A stretch of DNA of 64,000 bases from Octopus sinensis (lineage: Eukaryota): assembly GCF_006345805.1 (NCBI RefSeq), contig NC_043002.1, positions 2,480,001 to 2,544,000 of the forward strand, in the 5' to 3' direction. Of this stretch, positions 39,835-54,964 are shown piece after piece. Numbering within the stretch: position 1 is the first letter of the stretch; each line of letters starts with the position of its first letter. Made by a program: the position numbers and the translations under genes. The notes beneath the pieces are model-generated. The model was not told the DNA's origin. It saw only the letters and a list, made by a program, of their open reading frames with translations, and did no database searches.

Positions 39835-40076
39835 ACTCTCTCTCTCTCTCTCCCTCTCTCTCTCCCTCACTCTCTCTCTCCCTCTCTCTCTTTCTCACCC
39901 TCTCCCTCTCTCTCTCCCTCTCTCCCTCTCCCTCCCCCTCCCCCTCTCTTTCTCCCTCTCCCTCTCCCTCCCTCTCTCCCTCTCTCTCCCTCTCTCTCTC
40001 TCTCCCTCCCTCTCTCTCTCTTTCTCCCTCTCTCTCTCTCCCTCTCTCTCTCTCTCTCTCGTCCTCTCTCCTCTCT

Positions 40077-40129
<53 letters not shown>

Positions 40130-40131
40130 GT

Positions 40132-40190
<59 letters not shown>
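39835..40190. repeat. Pyrimidine (CT/CCCT) tract
   Basis: Directly visible. Confidence 0.95.
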
Positions 40191-40193
<3 letters not shown>

Positions 40194-40837
40194 AGCACTC
40201 TCCCTCGACCTCAAACAATTCTACCTTTTCCCTTTCAGATTTTCATCCAATATCTCTTACATTCTTCTCCGATTTTCACTCGTTGTTGCTCGTGTTTCGC
40301 ATCTGCCTTGGTCCAGCCTCGAAAGGTTATTTTCTCCTAGTTTTAATGCTAATGTGTTCCACTCATTTCCCGCTCATTTCATGCTCTCTTATCTTCTTGC
40401 GCACATTCTGCTCCACAACTCAAACATATTCATTGACTTAAAAACCATCAAAATGACTGTAAATTATCTAAATGACTGCTCGATGTAAAAAGCAATTTGT
40501 ACAGACTTTAAATGCTATAAATTAAGATCTGAAATTTTCCATATCAGACTTCTATTCTAACCTCTATTTACAAAACACGCAGTGTGTAATTATCATTTCA
40601 TAAGTCTACCAACAAGATCAGAAGAGTTTAGTTTTTATTGGTATTAAAGAAATAGAAAGGAAAAATTATGAGAAATTCGTTTTTGATGTTATCTCTAAAA
40701 ATTAGTTGCTTTTTTAAAATTCTTTAATATGCATTATGAATTTGATGTATGTATATATGGGAGTTTATGTGTACATATAATACACACACACACACATATA
40801 TATATATATAAATACGTATATATATATAATATATAAT

Positions 40838-40889
<52 letters not shown>

Positions 40890-40890
40890 G

Positions 40891-40951
<61 letters not shown>

Positions 40952-41092
40952 GCCTGCGAGCATTTTATGTATATGCATAGAGAAGTGTATGTTGTTGCTT
41001 CAACCGTGTTTTCTGACGTGAATTTGCTACCCAGGTATCGATTAACCGAATTATCAATACTAGGATAATTCATTCACTTACTTATATATTTA

Positions 41093-41174
<82 letters not shown>

Positions 41175-42346
41175 CATATATATACCAAAGTAAGCACATA
41201 AAAGTGAAACAAGTTGGGGAAAATAGTACTCGAATACCGGAGGTAGAGTAATATGCTTTATTATTATTAAAACTGCAAAAACATCACAAAAGTATCACAA
41301 AAAAACATTTCCCATTCTAAATAGTCCGACGAATGGGAACGTGCAGCTTTAATAATAATAAATTATATATGTGTGTGTTTATATATATATATATACAGCA
41401 CGGAATTCTGTCAGTGAACAGGTCGCGGTCTCAAAGCGAAGAAAATATTTTGACAAATTAAATTTAAATGTTGAAGTGAACCTAACAAATTTTGTGTTTT
41501 AAATGGCTTATAAACACCTTCCATGCTATAATTGTTTTTGTTTCAGCACGCGATCTCAGATCAGGTCATTTGCTATGCAAGTACATCTCCGTAACATATT
41601 TATATATAAATTAAGAAATGGAGTTAAACGCAGATATTATTCAAATCTTTATACTTCCGACATATGTTTCGAAGAAAACGTTGATATTATTCCGGAGGGA
41701 ACAAAATGATGTAAAACAATGCAATCATCTTGTCAGGGGAAAACAGAGTAACAAAGCACATCAATTCTATATGGTAAGCAGATCAAATCTGTTAATTCCA
41801 TATTGTAAGCAGATCAAATCTAACCTCCCTTACCAGTTTCGGGAAAGTACAGATAAGAATTTCCCAAAAGATTCAACATATCATTCCATTATCAACTCAC
41901 ACCTAATTAGAATAGGATTTTCAAACACCAAAACCTTTCACAAATCATCTCTTCGCATAGCAATAAGTTGTTAAACACAAATCCACTTATTGAAAATAAT
42001 AAGAGTGATATTATTAACACTAACCATTCTTTGAACAATAACAACAATATCAGTATTTCTGATACAAATTCGAATGGCATTCGTTTCTAAGCAGTAATTC
42101 TAAGACTAGAAACTCTGTTTATCAATGTAAAATTACTTCAGGTTCTGATGTCTCTTTTTACATGGGTACTTCTTCATCTCAGTTGTCGAAAACAATATCT
42201 AACCATTATTCTAAGTTTAGACATATAAATAAACGCAACACTACTGAGCTTAGTAAATTAATACACATACATTTATTTATATATATATACGTCGAAATGT
42301 CAGCGCCAAGCAGTGTTTAGGCATAAGCAAAATTTTGGTTAGTTAG

Positions 42347-42500
42347 AATATGTTTGTAACATATTTCGACTGCTAAAAGGCGAATTCACTGCAGTTACCG
42401 TGGAGAAAATATCTCTCTTTTTACCGTAAGAGAGATATTTTCTCTGCGGTAACTGCAGTGAATTCGCCTTTTAGCAGTCGAAATATGTTACAAACATATT
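42347..42500. repeat. Near-perfect palindrome, ~73-bp arms
   Basis: 42347-42419 vs 42428-42500; two mismatches. Confidence 0.9.
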
Positions 42501-42543
42501 TTCACCAACACATTTTTGCGGATATATATATATATATACATAC

Positions 42544-42620
<77 letters not shown>

Positions 42621-42642
42621 TAATATATATATATATATATTC

Positions 42643-44697
42643 ATTCATCAATCATCATCAACATCATCTTCATCATTTAACGTCCTCTTTCCATGCTGGC
42701 ATGGGTTGGACGGTTTGACATAAAACTGGTAAGACGGGGGCTGCTCCAGTTTCCTTCTGATGTCATAAGGTTTCCACGACTGGGCGCCCTTCCTAACCAA
42801 CCAGTCTGAGAGCGTAGTGGGTGCTTTTTATGTGCATCCGGCACAGGTGCCATTGACCTGACACCACCAAACTGCCACAGCTACTGTCTCACTTGGCTTG
42901 ACAGGTCTACACAAGCATGGTATATCACCAAGGGTTTATGTCACCTGTCACTGGCTCTATGGGGCCCAACCCTTGAACGGTGCTTTTTACGTGCAACCGG
43001 CATGGGTGCCAGTCAGGTGGCATTGGCAGCGGCCACAACTACGATTGTACCCGGTTCAACAGGTCCTTCACAGGCACAGCAATTGCCCAACGATTGAAGG
43101 GTGCTTTTAAAGAACCAGCTACGATCTCACTTGACTTGACGGGTCTTCTCAAGCGCGGCATATCTCCAAAGGCCTTGATCCCCCAACGATTGAAGGGGGT
43201 TTTTAAAGGGCCAATTACAGGACACCGGCATCGGCCACTACTACGATCTCACTTAGCTTGATGTGTTTTCTCAAGCACGGCATATCTCCAAATGTTTCGG
43301 TTGCTTGTCTGTGAGGCCTAACATTCGAAGATCGTGCTTCAATACTTCATTCCATGCCCTCCTGGGCCTACCTCTTCCACAAGTTCCCTCCACCATTAAA
43401 GTGCGACACTTCTTCACACAGCTGTCCTCATCCATATACATCACATGGCCATACCAATGCAGTTGTCTCTCTTGCACACCACATCTTGTGCTTCATATGT
43501 CCAACTTTTCTCTCAGGATCCTTACACTCTGTCGTGCGTTCACACTGACATTGCACATCCAGCAGAGCATACTAGCTTCCTTTATTACAAGCCCACGCAT
43601 GTCCTCACCAGTCACATTCCATATTTCACAGCCGTGTAGCGTGGCTTTTCGCACACAGGCATCACACAGTCTGCCTTTCACTCTGAGCGAGAGGCCTTTT
43701 GTTACCATCAGAGGTAGGATCCCTCTGAACTTTGCCCAGCCTATTCTTATTCTAGCAGCTATGCTCTAAGAGCATCCACTTCTGCTACTGACTTGGTCAC
43801 CTAGGTAACTTCTAGTTCCCCCCCCATGGCATGTGATAAAATCTATTTTCTGTACTTTTTAATGTTTATTGTACCTGTACACCTTCCATGCACAAAACTA
43901 TCTTCTCTGTTAACCTTCCTCTGATATTGCTGCACTTCTTATGTGTCCATAACTTACACAGGGTACATCTTATGGAGCTTCTACCTACACCTTTTCTATA
44001 GATCGAGAAGGACTGTCCACCTGAAGAGATTTGCGATTGTCTGCCTTACTAAAACTTTAGATTTTGCTAGGTTACCTCTAAGGCCCTTTGATTCTAGATC
44101 TTGTTTCCACGCCAGAAACGTCTTCTCTAGTTCTGGTATAAGAACAAGGTCATCAACATAGAGGAACTCCCAGGGGCAGCCTGTTTTGAATTCCTCTGTT
44201 ATTGTCTGGAGGACTATGATTACCAATAATGCATCAGTGGTGCTTCTCCTTGGCACAAACGCAAACTGCATCTCATCCAAACTAACTCTCCATGACTTTC
44301 ATCACTTGATCCAACAGTTTGATACCACTGTGATTATTTCTATCTAAGGCGTCGTCTTTACCTTTGTAGCCGTTGACAATAGTGCTGTCTCACCAGCCGC
44401 TGGGTATGACTCCTTCGTGCATTACCTGGCTAACTATACGAGTGACTAGACCATAGCCTACAATGTCAGATACTTTAAGCATCTCAGTGGTGATTCCTGA
44501 TGGGCCGGGGTTTTTCCCTTTCTTCATAGCCTTGTTTTATCTACCAAGCTACTGCCAATTCGGATAGCTGGTCTCACAGTTGGGTCAAACTTTTGCAGGC
44601 TCTCTTTCACCCATCCACACCCTTCATTTAGCAACCTTACACAGAGTCGTCTCCATGTCTTTGCAGCATCATTAACTGCAAGAGAACCATCTTCGTT
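42643..44697 (-). mobile_element. RTE-clade LINE (3' part; RT internally deleted; cut by the gap)
   Basis: PGPSGITTEMLK, MQFAFVPRRSTTDA, [deletion], PWEFLYVDDLVL, ARIRIGWAKF, LHWYGHV, GRGRPRRAW; (ATG)n-type tail at ~42643. Confidence 0.92.
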
Positions 44698-44797
44698 NNN
44701 NNNNNNNNNNNNNNNNNNNNNNNNNNNNNNNNNNNNNNNNNNNNNNNNNNNNNNNNNNNNNNNNNNNNNNNNNNNNNNNNNNNNNNNNNNNNNNNNN
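44698..44797. other. Assembly gap (100 N)
   Basis: Run of N. Confidence 1.
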
Positions 44798-44865
44798 TAT
44801 ATACATGATTCAGATGTAAAGGAACTTACAGATATCAACATTATAGAAATAGTTAGGAATGGAAT

Positions 44866-44898
<33 letters not shown>

Positions 44899-45767
44899 CA
44901 CAGAGCCAAACACGCACACAGACTCACTTACTCACACACCATTACACATGAACACAGATGCTCACACACACACACACATAATACGATTTAAAATTCCAAA
45001 TCGCACGACATAGAACCAGTATTTATGATTCCGTGTGTACTTCCACAACGCCCCCCCCCCACCCTGACTCCCATATAGCTTAAGGAAAACCGTGAGGAGG
45101 AGGCTTGCATTATAGGCCGCAGATGTGGATGTCACCGAGTACAGAGAGGAAACAACAGAAAACACCAGAGTTAAGTAAATATTTTACAAGCTGACTCTCC
45201 TGTTTTCTTTTGTCATCTCTCTTTCTCTATTTCTCTCTATCCTTCTCTGAATCTCTCTCTCTCTCTCTCTCACTGTCTCTCTCTCTCCTATATATATATA
45301 TATAATATATATATATATAATTAATATATATATATATATATACATATACCTCATACACTCATACATACATTATATATATATATATATAATTATATAAATA
45401 TATATATATAACACATATACATATATATGTATGTATGTATGTATGAATAAATGAATCACGAAATATTCCTTCCTTTAATATTATACAGATGTTTATATCT
45501 GTTTGTTCTTCCATAATTTATTCATACTTTGTGCACGGTTTAATGAAATTTGATATTATTTAACGTACACTTCGCCATTACGAACGAAAACATTGAACAG
45601 AACAACAAAAGGTGCAGTGACGTCACCATTCTATGTCGAAATCTATTCAGGAATCTTATAAGGGGATTCCAAACCTATACAATCATGTTTTACTACTTTG
45701 ATTTCTTATTCCAACTATCCTAATACTGCTGCCATCAAATATCTTGGAATCACTAAACCTAACTTGA

Positions 45768-45826
<59 letters not shown>

Positions 45827-46094
45827 GTTGTTGTTGTTGTTGTTGTTGTTGTTTTTATTGTTTGTGTTGTTGTTGTTGTTATCACTATAGACTCTAGATC
45901 TCTACATTCCCTACACGCGCGCGCGCACACATACATACACACATACACACACACACACGCACACATACACACACACATACACACACACACATACACACAA
46001 ACGCACACATACACACACACGCACACATACATACACACACATACACACATACACATACACACATACACACACACACACACACGTATATATATAC

Positions 46095-46250
46095 GACGGA
46101 CTTCTTTCAGTTTCCGTCCACCGAATCCACTCACAAGGCTTTGGTCGGCCTAGGGCTATAGTAGAAGACACTTGACCAAGGTCCCATGCAGTTGGACTGA
46201 ACCCGGAACCATGTGGTTAGTAAGCAAGCTACTTACCACACAGCCACCCT
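46095..46250 (-). mobile_element. SINE family A, 5' half
   Basis: Matches the family A head in reverse. Confidence 0.9.
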
Positions 46251-46278
46251 GCGCGTATATATATATGTATATATATAT

Positions 46279-46358
<80 letters not shown>

Positions 46359-46378
46359 TAAATATATATACATATGTG

Positions 46379-46407
<29 letters not shown>

Positions 46408-46411
<4 letters not shown>

Positions 46412-47270
46412 GACGTCCCCCCCCCAAAAAAAAAAAATGTATACACCCTTTAGCAGTTGATAACTCAATTGATGTTTTTGTCTTTCCAGATGAAACCCAT
46501 TGGAATTAATGATGGCAGTGAGAATAAGCTTTGAACAAAGGAAATTCATTATAAAATGCTACTGGATGCGTGAAAACACAATTGATGTGCAAAGACAATT
46601 TAGGAGGGAGTTTCAAAGAGATTCACCAACGCGATTCAGCGTCATTCGAATTAGAGATAAGTTTGAAGCCAATGGAACCGTTCAGAATGTCCACGAGAAG
46701 CATTCCAGAAGACCACGAACATCAACAACTCCCACAAAGCAAGAAATGTATCACCAAAGTCCAAGAAAATCTGTGCAGCAAGTGAGTCATGAGGTAGGAA
46801 TTCCAAAATCGTCCGTCCAATGCATTAGAGAAGACTTTGAAGATGAGGAGTTTTATTTTCGCTACGTTAGCTTCTTCCTTGATGAGATCCCGCCAAACAG
46901 ATTGGACAAAGGGGTTTCGTTGACTACCCTCTGCATTCACGAGACCTCACATTACTAGACTTTTTTTTAATGGGGCTACATAAAAGACAAAGTCTACACT
47001 ATAAGGCCTGCAACGGTCGCTGATTTGAGAGCAGCCATTGAATGAAAATGTACAGAAATACCAAACGAATTGTCTCATGATGTTTGTGATTCCATTGCTT
47101 TGCATTGTCAGCAGTGCCTGGATCAGAACGGACGTCAGTTTGAAAAGAGGCATTGACAAAACAATAAAATAATGTCTGTAGATTCTATTTTAAAAATGAA
47201 ATGTATTTTAATAACACCTACTTTACAATTATTCAAAGTGTGTGTACATTTTTGGGGACACCTTGTGTAT
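46408..47270 (+). mobile_element. Internally deleted Tc1/mariner transposon (maT/rosa-like)
   Basis: N-terminal HTH region (ISFEQRKFIIKCYW...RDKFEANGTV), C-terminal SRDLTLLDFF*WGYIKDKVY...GRQFE; catalytic middle missing; TIR remnants GTCCCC..AAAAATGTA(C/T)ACAC at both ends. Confidence 0.88.
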
Positions 47271-48326
47271 ATATATAATATATATACATATGTTGTGTTA
47301 TATAATATTATATACTATATATATATATATGTGTTTGTATATTATGTATATATTATATATATATATTAATACAAGAGTACGTTCCTATCTACCTTTCATG
47401 TCTCGCTAGGATAAGTCAAAATAAGAAAGAAACAGTTTATAGTCATGGTAGCAGTGGCGACGTTGGTACTGATGATGTTGAAATGAGAAAGATGAAGAGA
47501 GAAAGGAGAAAGATACAGAGAGGGTGAGAGAGCGACAGAGAGAGAGAGGAGGGGGAGATTAACATTCACAGAAGAAATATAAAGAGAATGAAATAATTCA
47601 GAAGTTTTTTTTAAGCCCTTAAAATGTGGTTCTGGAAGTAGAATGACTCCAAGCTGAACGAGCTGCTTGTCGTTTATTGCGAATTCTTGTTTTAAAAAGT
47701 AATTTTCTGCAAGACAGCTTTTTGCATGATTTCGTCAACAGAGGAGATGCACTTCTCCTGATATCTGCAAACATTCCCAGATCGATACGATAATGTTCTG
47801 AAGGCCAACATTTATGTGACATATGGGGAAGAATAAGAACTCGAGGTCACAACAGATCTTAAACGGAATAGTTTGAAAACTGGTTAAAACTGGTTGGACA
47901 AAACTGTTTTCTCTGAGTGCGATAGAACTGAAGAGGCGAAGAGACGAGTGTCGCTCGCTTTCGGTGATTGAAATAGCTCCTTATGATATGAGAAAGATGG
48001 AAGAATATGGTGAGAACGGGAGCTAATTCTAAATCGCATTGTTTGTGAAGAGAGGAAGTGACTTTTACAATGGGTGGTCACATTACCTGTCGTAGTCTCT
48101 AATCTTCTTTCATTCTCAATATGTGTTTTTGTATCTTATTAGAGCTGACAGTCAATTACAGAATATATAGATGTGTGTGTGTGTGTGCGTGTGTGTATGT
48201 GTGTGCGCGCCTGCGTGTATATGTGTGTGTATGTGTGCATATGTGTATGAGTGTATATGTATATATGTAGATATATGTATGTATACCTACATATGTACAT
48301 ATATATATTTATGTGTGTATATGTAT

Positions 48327-48407
<81 letters not shown>

Positions 48408-48470
48408 GATATGTCTATATCTATGTATGAGTGTGTATATGCATGTATGTATATATATATATATGTGTGT

Positions 48471-48501
<31 letters not shown>

Positions 48502-49009
48502 TCGTGTGTGTATGTGTGTATGTATATATACATATGCGTGTGTGTATGTGTGTATGTGGATGCGTAAATGTATGCATATTATTGCAATAAGAAAAATGTC
48601 TAATCTAAAGAAGAAATTATACCGATTCCATTTTTTTTAACCAATCAATCTTTCACAGGAACATTGTGAAGCTATTATTTTCTGAAAAGAAGGATATTGA
48701 TTTCTTTCTCCCGCACAAAAGCTCAAATTTATGGGAAGGTGGGGTAGCGGTGCACTTAAGAATGAAACGTTTGAGCATTTTTCGTGAACGTTAAGTAATA
48801 ACTGGCTCCAAGTTGGAAACGAAACCTGCTAGAAATTCTTTGTTCATAAAGAATTTCACTACATGCCGCTCACACTGTCGAAAAGAAACGCGAAAATTGA
48901 TATTTTTATTGATCTTGAGGAATGTTTTCTCTGGAAGGAAAATGTGGTACTTGAATGCATAATGTCGCCTGCAGGTATTAACTTTAGATTATGTATGTGT
49001 GTGCGTGCG

Positions 49010-49060
<51 letters not shown>

Positions 49061-49791
49061 TGTGTGTGCGTGTTGTTTCTATGACTACAATTACTGGACT
49101 GCTGAGGAAATATGCAACCCACAATTCTAAAACGAGATCTTGAGAACTTGTTCGCTCCTTTGTGTTAACTTGACATTTTCTCTGTTTACAGTTCTGCCAA
49201 TAGCTGTAATTACTTCATATATTCCAAAACGTTTTGCGTATTGTTTCGACTTTAAATCATAATACACGGACACGTGACGCATCACATGCTAAAAATTAAG
49301 AAACAATTCTGGCAGGAATGTAAATTTGTTTTATCAAAATATAGCAAATTTATAAATTATTGCAAATTCTTACCAAACTCTAACAAAGCCATTTATTGCT
49401 GAAACAATGGGTGTATTTATTGGTGTTGGATTCCACAAAATACTGTTGTGTAAACAAATAGCAGTAACTCTGTTTCCAAAAGAGAATTTTTTTTAATATA
49501 ACACATGAGTAGCGAACGAGGAGTCAAAGACGTTCAAAAGTCAGAGTCTATGTGAGACGCGACTCCAATATATTGAAAGAGAGCGTAAAGGTGAGTCTTT
49601 CAAGAAATAAGAATAGAATGTCTTGGTGGCCATTGAAAACCACTGCCTACGTAGCATATTTCGATTTCAGTACATTTTATCGATCTTGAAAAGAAACAAA
49701 GGCAATGTCAACCTGAAGGTAACCGGATAGAAGAAATACATCAAGGTAATTTTGTCGACGCACCTATTTCTTATCCCATGCTGATATACAA

Positions 49792-49824
<33 letters not shown>

Positions 49825-49949
49825 ATGATGATGATGGCCGTCCATTCGTGACCGTGGAAAACCATTGCTGACCTTTAGGAATTTTGTGCGCTCTAGGACT
49901 AACTTATATTTTGCATTAGTGGCTCCGTTGGCGGCTAATGAACCCTACT

Positions 49950-50315
49950 CTTGATAAGCATACAGCACTGCTACATTGCAGATCAAGCTTTCCCCATTCA
50001 CTACACCAGCCGTGCGCTTTCGAGCAGCACACTTAAATTCTTCATGAAGCACACGTGCTCTCTCAAAGGTGTCGACTACCTCCTTAACCTGCTTCCTCCA
50101 TACCTGAATGTTGACTGGACTTTAAAAGCTCCAAGAACACAGGTCTTAAGGAAAGCTGATAACTTGAGTATTGAGACGATGGTGCACAAGCCCCGGTCAC
50201 GTTGGACTGGACACCTTATTAGAATGAAGGATAGCGGATCCCTAAACAGATGCTATATGGGGAACTTGTTAGTGGAAAGAGACCCTGGCAGAAACCAAGA
50301 CTGCGAATATATATA
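49950..50315 (+). pseudogene. RTE-clade LINE 3' ORF fragment
   Basis: TQVLRKADNLSIETM..RWTGHLIRM and IPKQMLYGELVSGKR across a frameshift. Confidence 0.8.
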
Positions 50316-50729
50316 TATCCTGAAACCCCCTTCGGTCATGACTGACCATGGGATTGCACCTAGAAAGTTACCCGTATCTTAACGGCATGTCGACTTTAGG
50401 GAAATACTTGACATATATAATATAAACATGGAATATGTATACATACTCATACACAGACACATACGTATATATATATATATATATATATATACGATAGGAT
50501 ATTTTCAGTTCCAATCTACCATATTTACAGAAGTTGTAGTGGAAGACGCTTGCCTACCCAGTGTGACACCTTGAGCAAGTATCTTCTCCTGTAGTCACCA
50601 TCCACCCAAAGACTTCTCAGTGGATTTCGAAGACTGAAACTGAAAGCTTGTCGTATATATGTGTACGTATACACACACACACACACATGTATCTAAATGT
50701 GCACAAACACACACACGCAGTAACGCATG

Positions 50730-50768
<39 letters not shown>

Positions 50769-51018
50769 GTAAATATATATACACTACCGTGGAATATGTC
50801 TTCTGGCACTTTAAACTATTGTAAACAGACTTGGATGAAGGTGAGATTTTTCAGCATGACGGAGCTTCATGCCACAAATCGCGTGCAACACAACAAAATC
50901 TGACTCCAACAGAGTCAATGTTTCTTCTGTAAAAAACGCAGTGCCAAACATCCATTTATAAGCTAGAAATTGGTAAAAATTTACAATAGTTTAAAGTAAC
51001 CGAAGATTTTTTCACGGT

Positions 51019-51052
<34 letters not shown>

Positions 51053-51053
<1 letters not shown>

Positions 51054-52160
51054 TAGCAGAGATACCCGGCGTTGCCCGTGTTTCATACAATTGAAGAATT
51101 AGACTTTTCTGTTATATTTTCTCTAATGAACTGAAATATCTATGTTTCATCAAAATTGCAGATGAGGGTTATTTCACTCTTTACACACCCCAAAAATTGT
51201 AATCGTGCCACATGTATCCCATACTGCTGAGTTTTATGCGCATATTCCAAAATTCCAGTCTTATTGAATCTGTTAAAAGGATTTTGCTCCTGAAAACTGG
51301 AGGTAATGGACCTCTAAAATGTGGGAGTTAATGCCCCTATTCGGAGTGGGCATCTTAATGTCAACCAGAGAAGTTGAATTGTTGAGAATCTTTTTAACTT
51401 GGGTCTTATATCTATTGATAGAATTTCTTTGAAATAGGAAATATATGTTCACTGGGTTTGTAAAAGAGAGCAAAGCTACAGGAAAGCAAAAGATGAATGA
51501 TCACAATAAGCAGTCCCTACCCTAGTCGTTACCACTCCCAATGTAGGATTCCTCATCATCCAGGTGACAGGCACAGCCGTAAGATGCATTACAAATCTAT
51601 AGCAATTAGAAGGGCGTGACCCAACTGAAATAAACATTAACAACTGTGTGACGTGAGGGCTAAAGAGAAATGAAAGTTGGAGTTTGCAAATGACCACTAT
51701 ACTGATATGTAACTGGACAGAATAAATATACAATCTATAAACGTCTTTGAATAACCAGTCACTCATCTGGGAAGGCCTTGAAATCAATGTTACCATGTGG
51801 GGACTATATGTGACCCAGTGATAATAAAAGGACTGAAAGGAGGTCTGCAATCAAATAACTTGGTTGGATGTCCACTGTTAATGGTTCATCCCTCTTAGAT
51901 AATAGTTTGACTTTAATAGTTTCAGTATTAAAGTGAAAGTATCTGACATTACAATAGAGAGATGTTTTTGTTTCACTTTGAACGCGTAATGCTGAAATAG
52001 TAGAGAAGATATGATATTGCCCTAGGCAAGAAGTTAGAAATATTTTGCCCATGACACTCCCTGGACCCTAAGTAAGGCATGTGTAAAATTGAATGAAATT
52101 GGTTGTGTAGTTCTCAAGTTTTAGGGATTCATACAGACAGACAGACAGGCATTCTCAGTT

Positions 52161-52170
<10 letters not shown>
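51053..52170 (-). mobile_element. Non-autonomous Helitron (~1.1 kb)
   Basis: 5' end has a (CTGT)n tract near the terminus; 3' end C(A)CGG-GCAACG-CCGGG hairpin followed by CTAG|T. Confidence 0.8.
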
Positions 52171-52217
<47 letters not shown>

Positions 52218-52456
52218 GTGTGTGTGTGTGCATCAGGACTATAATTCTGGTATCACTTTAACTTAAAAATACATTTTTAGATTTAAAGCGAACTTTATTT
52301 TATACACTTGATTATAGAAAAACATCCTTAATTAGGTCAGAATGTATTCACGTTGCTGACTACTCATAACGAGCAGAATCTGATGCCTTAGGAGATGAAG
52401 GGACAGATTTAAAAGCGCTTCTACGTGTGTGTGTGTGTCTGTGTGTGTGTGTGTGT

Positions 52457-52510
<54 letters not shown>

Positions 52511-52822
52511 GTGTGTGTGTGTGTGTGTACGTGAGTGTGCGCATGTGATTTTTGTATATATGTGCGTGGGTGTGCTATGCAAGAGTATGTATGTTTGAAT
52601 GTGTGTATATATTTCTGTGGTTCTCTATTCCATCTTTGTATCTAAAACATGTTCAGCTGCTTCGTGGCGACACCAAAAAGTGACTGCGATGAGAGCAGCC
52701 GAGCGTGACTGGTTCCTATCTCTCGGCAATAAATACAATTAGAGCATCCTTTCAATGTTCTGTTTGTCGGATAAAGTGACTACAATAACAACAACAACGA
52801 CAATAATAATGATAATAATACC

Positions 52823-52865
<43 letters not shown>

Positions 52866-52986
52866 CAACAACAACGTCAACAATAGATAAAATAAATTTT
52901 TGCAGACAGAGGTTACCCGGTGTACACCCATTTCTCTGGGAATGAACGCATATGTAAATACATATGCATATAGTGTGTGTGTGTGT

Positions 52987-53022
<36 letters not shown>

Positions 53023-53387
53023 ATGTATATATATATATAATATATATATATATTATATAATATATGTGCATATATATACATGTATATATATATATGTACA
53101 CATAAATTATATTATATATATATATACATATATATGTTATATTATATATATATAAATTTGTAAACAAACCCGAATGCTGTAAATTTCCAGATAATGATGA
53201 CACACATAGGTCCTATATATGACTATAGTTATTATATATAGATAGATAAATTGATACATACATCATACATACATACATACATACATACATACATACATAC
53301 ATACATACATACATACATACGTACATACATACATGTATACATCAATCTGTGTATCTGTGCATCTATATATGCACACACACACACACA

Positions 53388-53424
<37 letters not shown>

Positions 53425-53721
53425 ACCACTGAGCCGCAGATTTTATGTTGGAGTTATCCCAGTTACCTGAGTTACCTCCTCCTAGAAGGATGCCCTACCA
53501 AAGGCTACGAGTCCTTCACTCCCAATGGTTCAACCGCGCGATCGGGTATTTATCCGCGTGATTTATTATTTCTATGTCCCCGCGCATGATACAGCCTTAA
53601 GACATTTATTGGATGGCCGTTGACTCTCAAGAGTTCCTCCGCCCTTTGACGGATTTTGATTTTCATTCCGCAGGGTGTCCAATAAACACCCTCCTCACCA
53701 AGCAAGCTTGGTGGGGTATAC

Positions 53722-53752
<31 letters not shown>

Positions 53753-54964
53753 CATACATACATACATACATACATACATACATACGTATGATTTTATGTC
53801 ATTATTTCTTGTTAATAGAGAAAGAGCCGGTTTTGAACCTAGATCCAAGGCTCCATCATTGGAAATTCAGCAACAGGGTACTTTTGTATGTATGTATGAA
53901 TGTATGTATGTATGTATGTATGTATTATGTATGTATGTATGTAGGGTCACTGTGATAGTAACATTATATTTACAGTCGTACAAGTGACTGTGAAGAAATG
54001 TTTTGCTTAGTAACAAACGAGTGTGACCGCATGTGAGAAATTAACGAGGCATGACAATTTTTCCTTCTATTCCTCCACTCGTAGACGTTCGAGTCCCATT
54101 GACTTTATAAAAGTTCCAGAGACCATACTGAAATGCGTAGAGCAGCCGGCCTTGCCCTGGACCACTCCCCCGAAGTGAAATCCAGCAAATGCTTGTATTG
54201 TCTTTGATAGGGAAAAGTCTGGCATGGAAAGAGCTTTGCTGTGGTTCTCTTTCTACTTGAAGCTCGTATCATCATTCTATGATGAAGGAATCTAAAGAAT
54301 ACGTGCCTGGCAGTCGACAGCCTAACAGTACTTCGCCGCCGACAACCGACCGGGAACGCTGCAGGTACCAAGTGATTAATATCGTCTACGATGAAGGAAT
54401 GCCGAAGCAGGAACTCTCACACTAAACACATGAGCCACGGAAGCGAAGATTTACATCATGGCACTGACTACCAAAGAGACATATTGTAATGGCTAAAACA
54501 TCATCTGATGTAATCCGTAAAAAGGATAATCCGGAAAAAGGATAATCTTGAAGATGAAAATAAAAGAGATTACAATTATCTGGAGTGCCTAGTCACCCAC
54601 AATGTCAACTAATACTACGGGAATGTTCCTGTCAAGTTTTTCTCCGAGTTTAAGCATAAAAGGCCAAACGCAAAGAATTATCTGAGACAGAGGCAGGAAG
54701 TGTGTACAGCAATGAAAATCATAGAGAAATGAAATGTAAAAAATAATGTTAAAATATAAAAGACCATCTCTGTTGAAACTAATGACCACCTTGCAGCTAC
54801 TGCAGGCTGGGACAACGTATTGATAGGTGGCTTTAGTTGAAAACTTGGGGACGTAACTAAGCGTAAAATACACAACACGGCATTGTGATGAGCATCATAA
54901 CTAACTGCCTCAACAGCAATCGTGATGAGATTCAGGGAACTAGAAGGGACACGGCTAATTTTGT

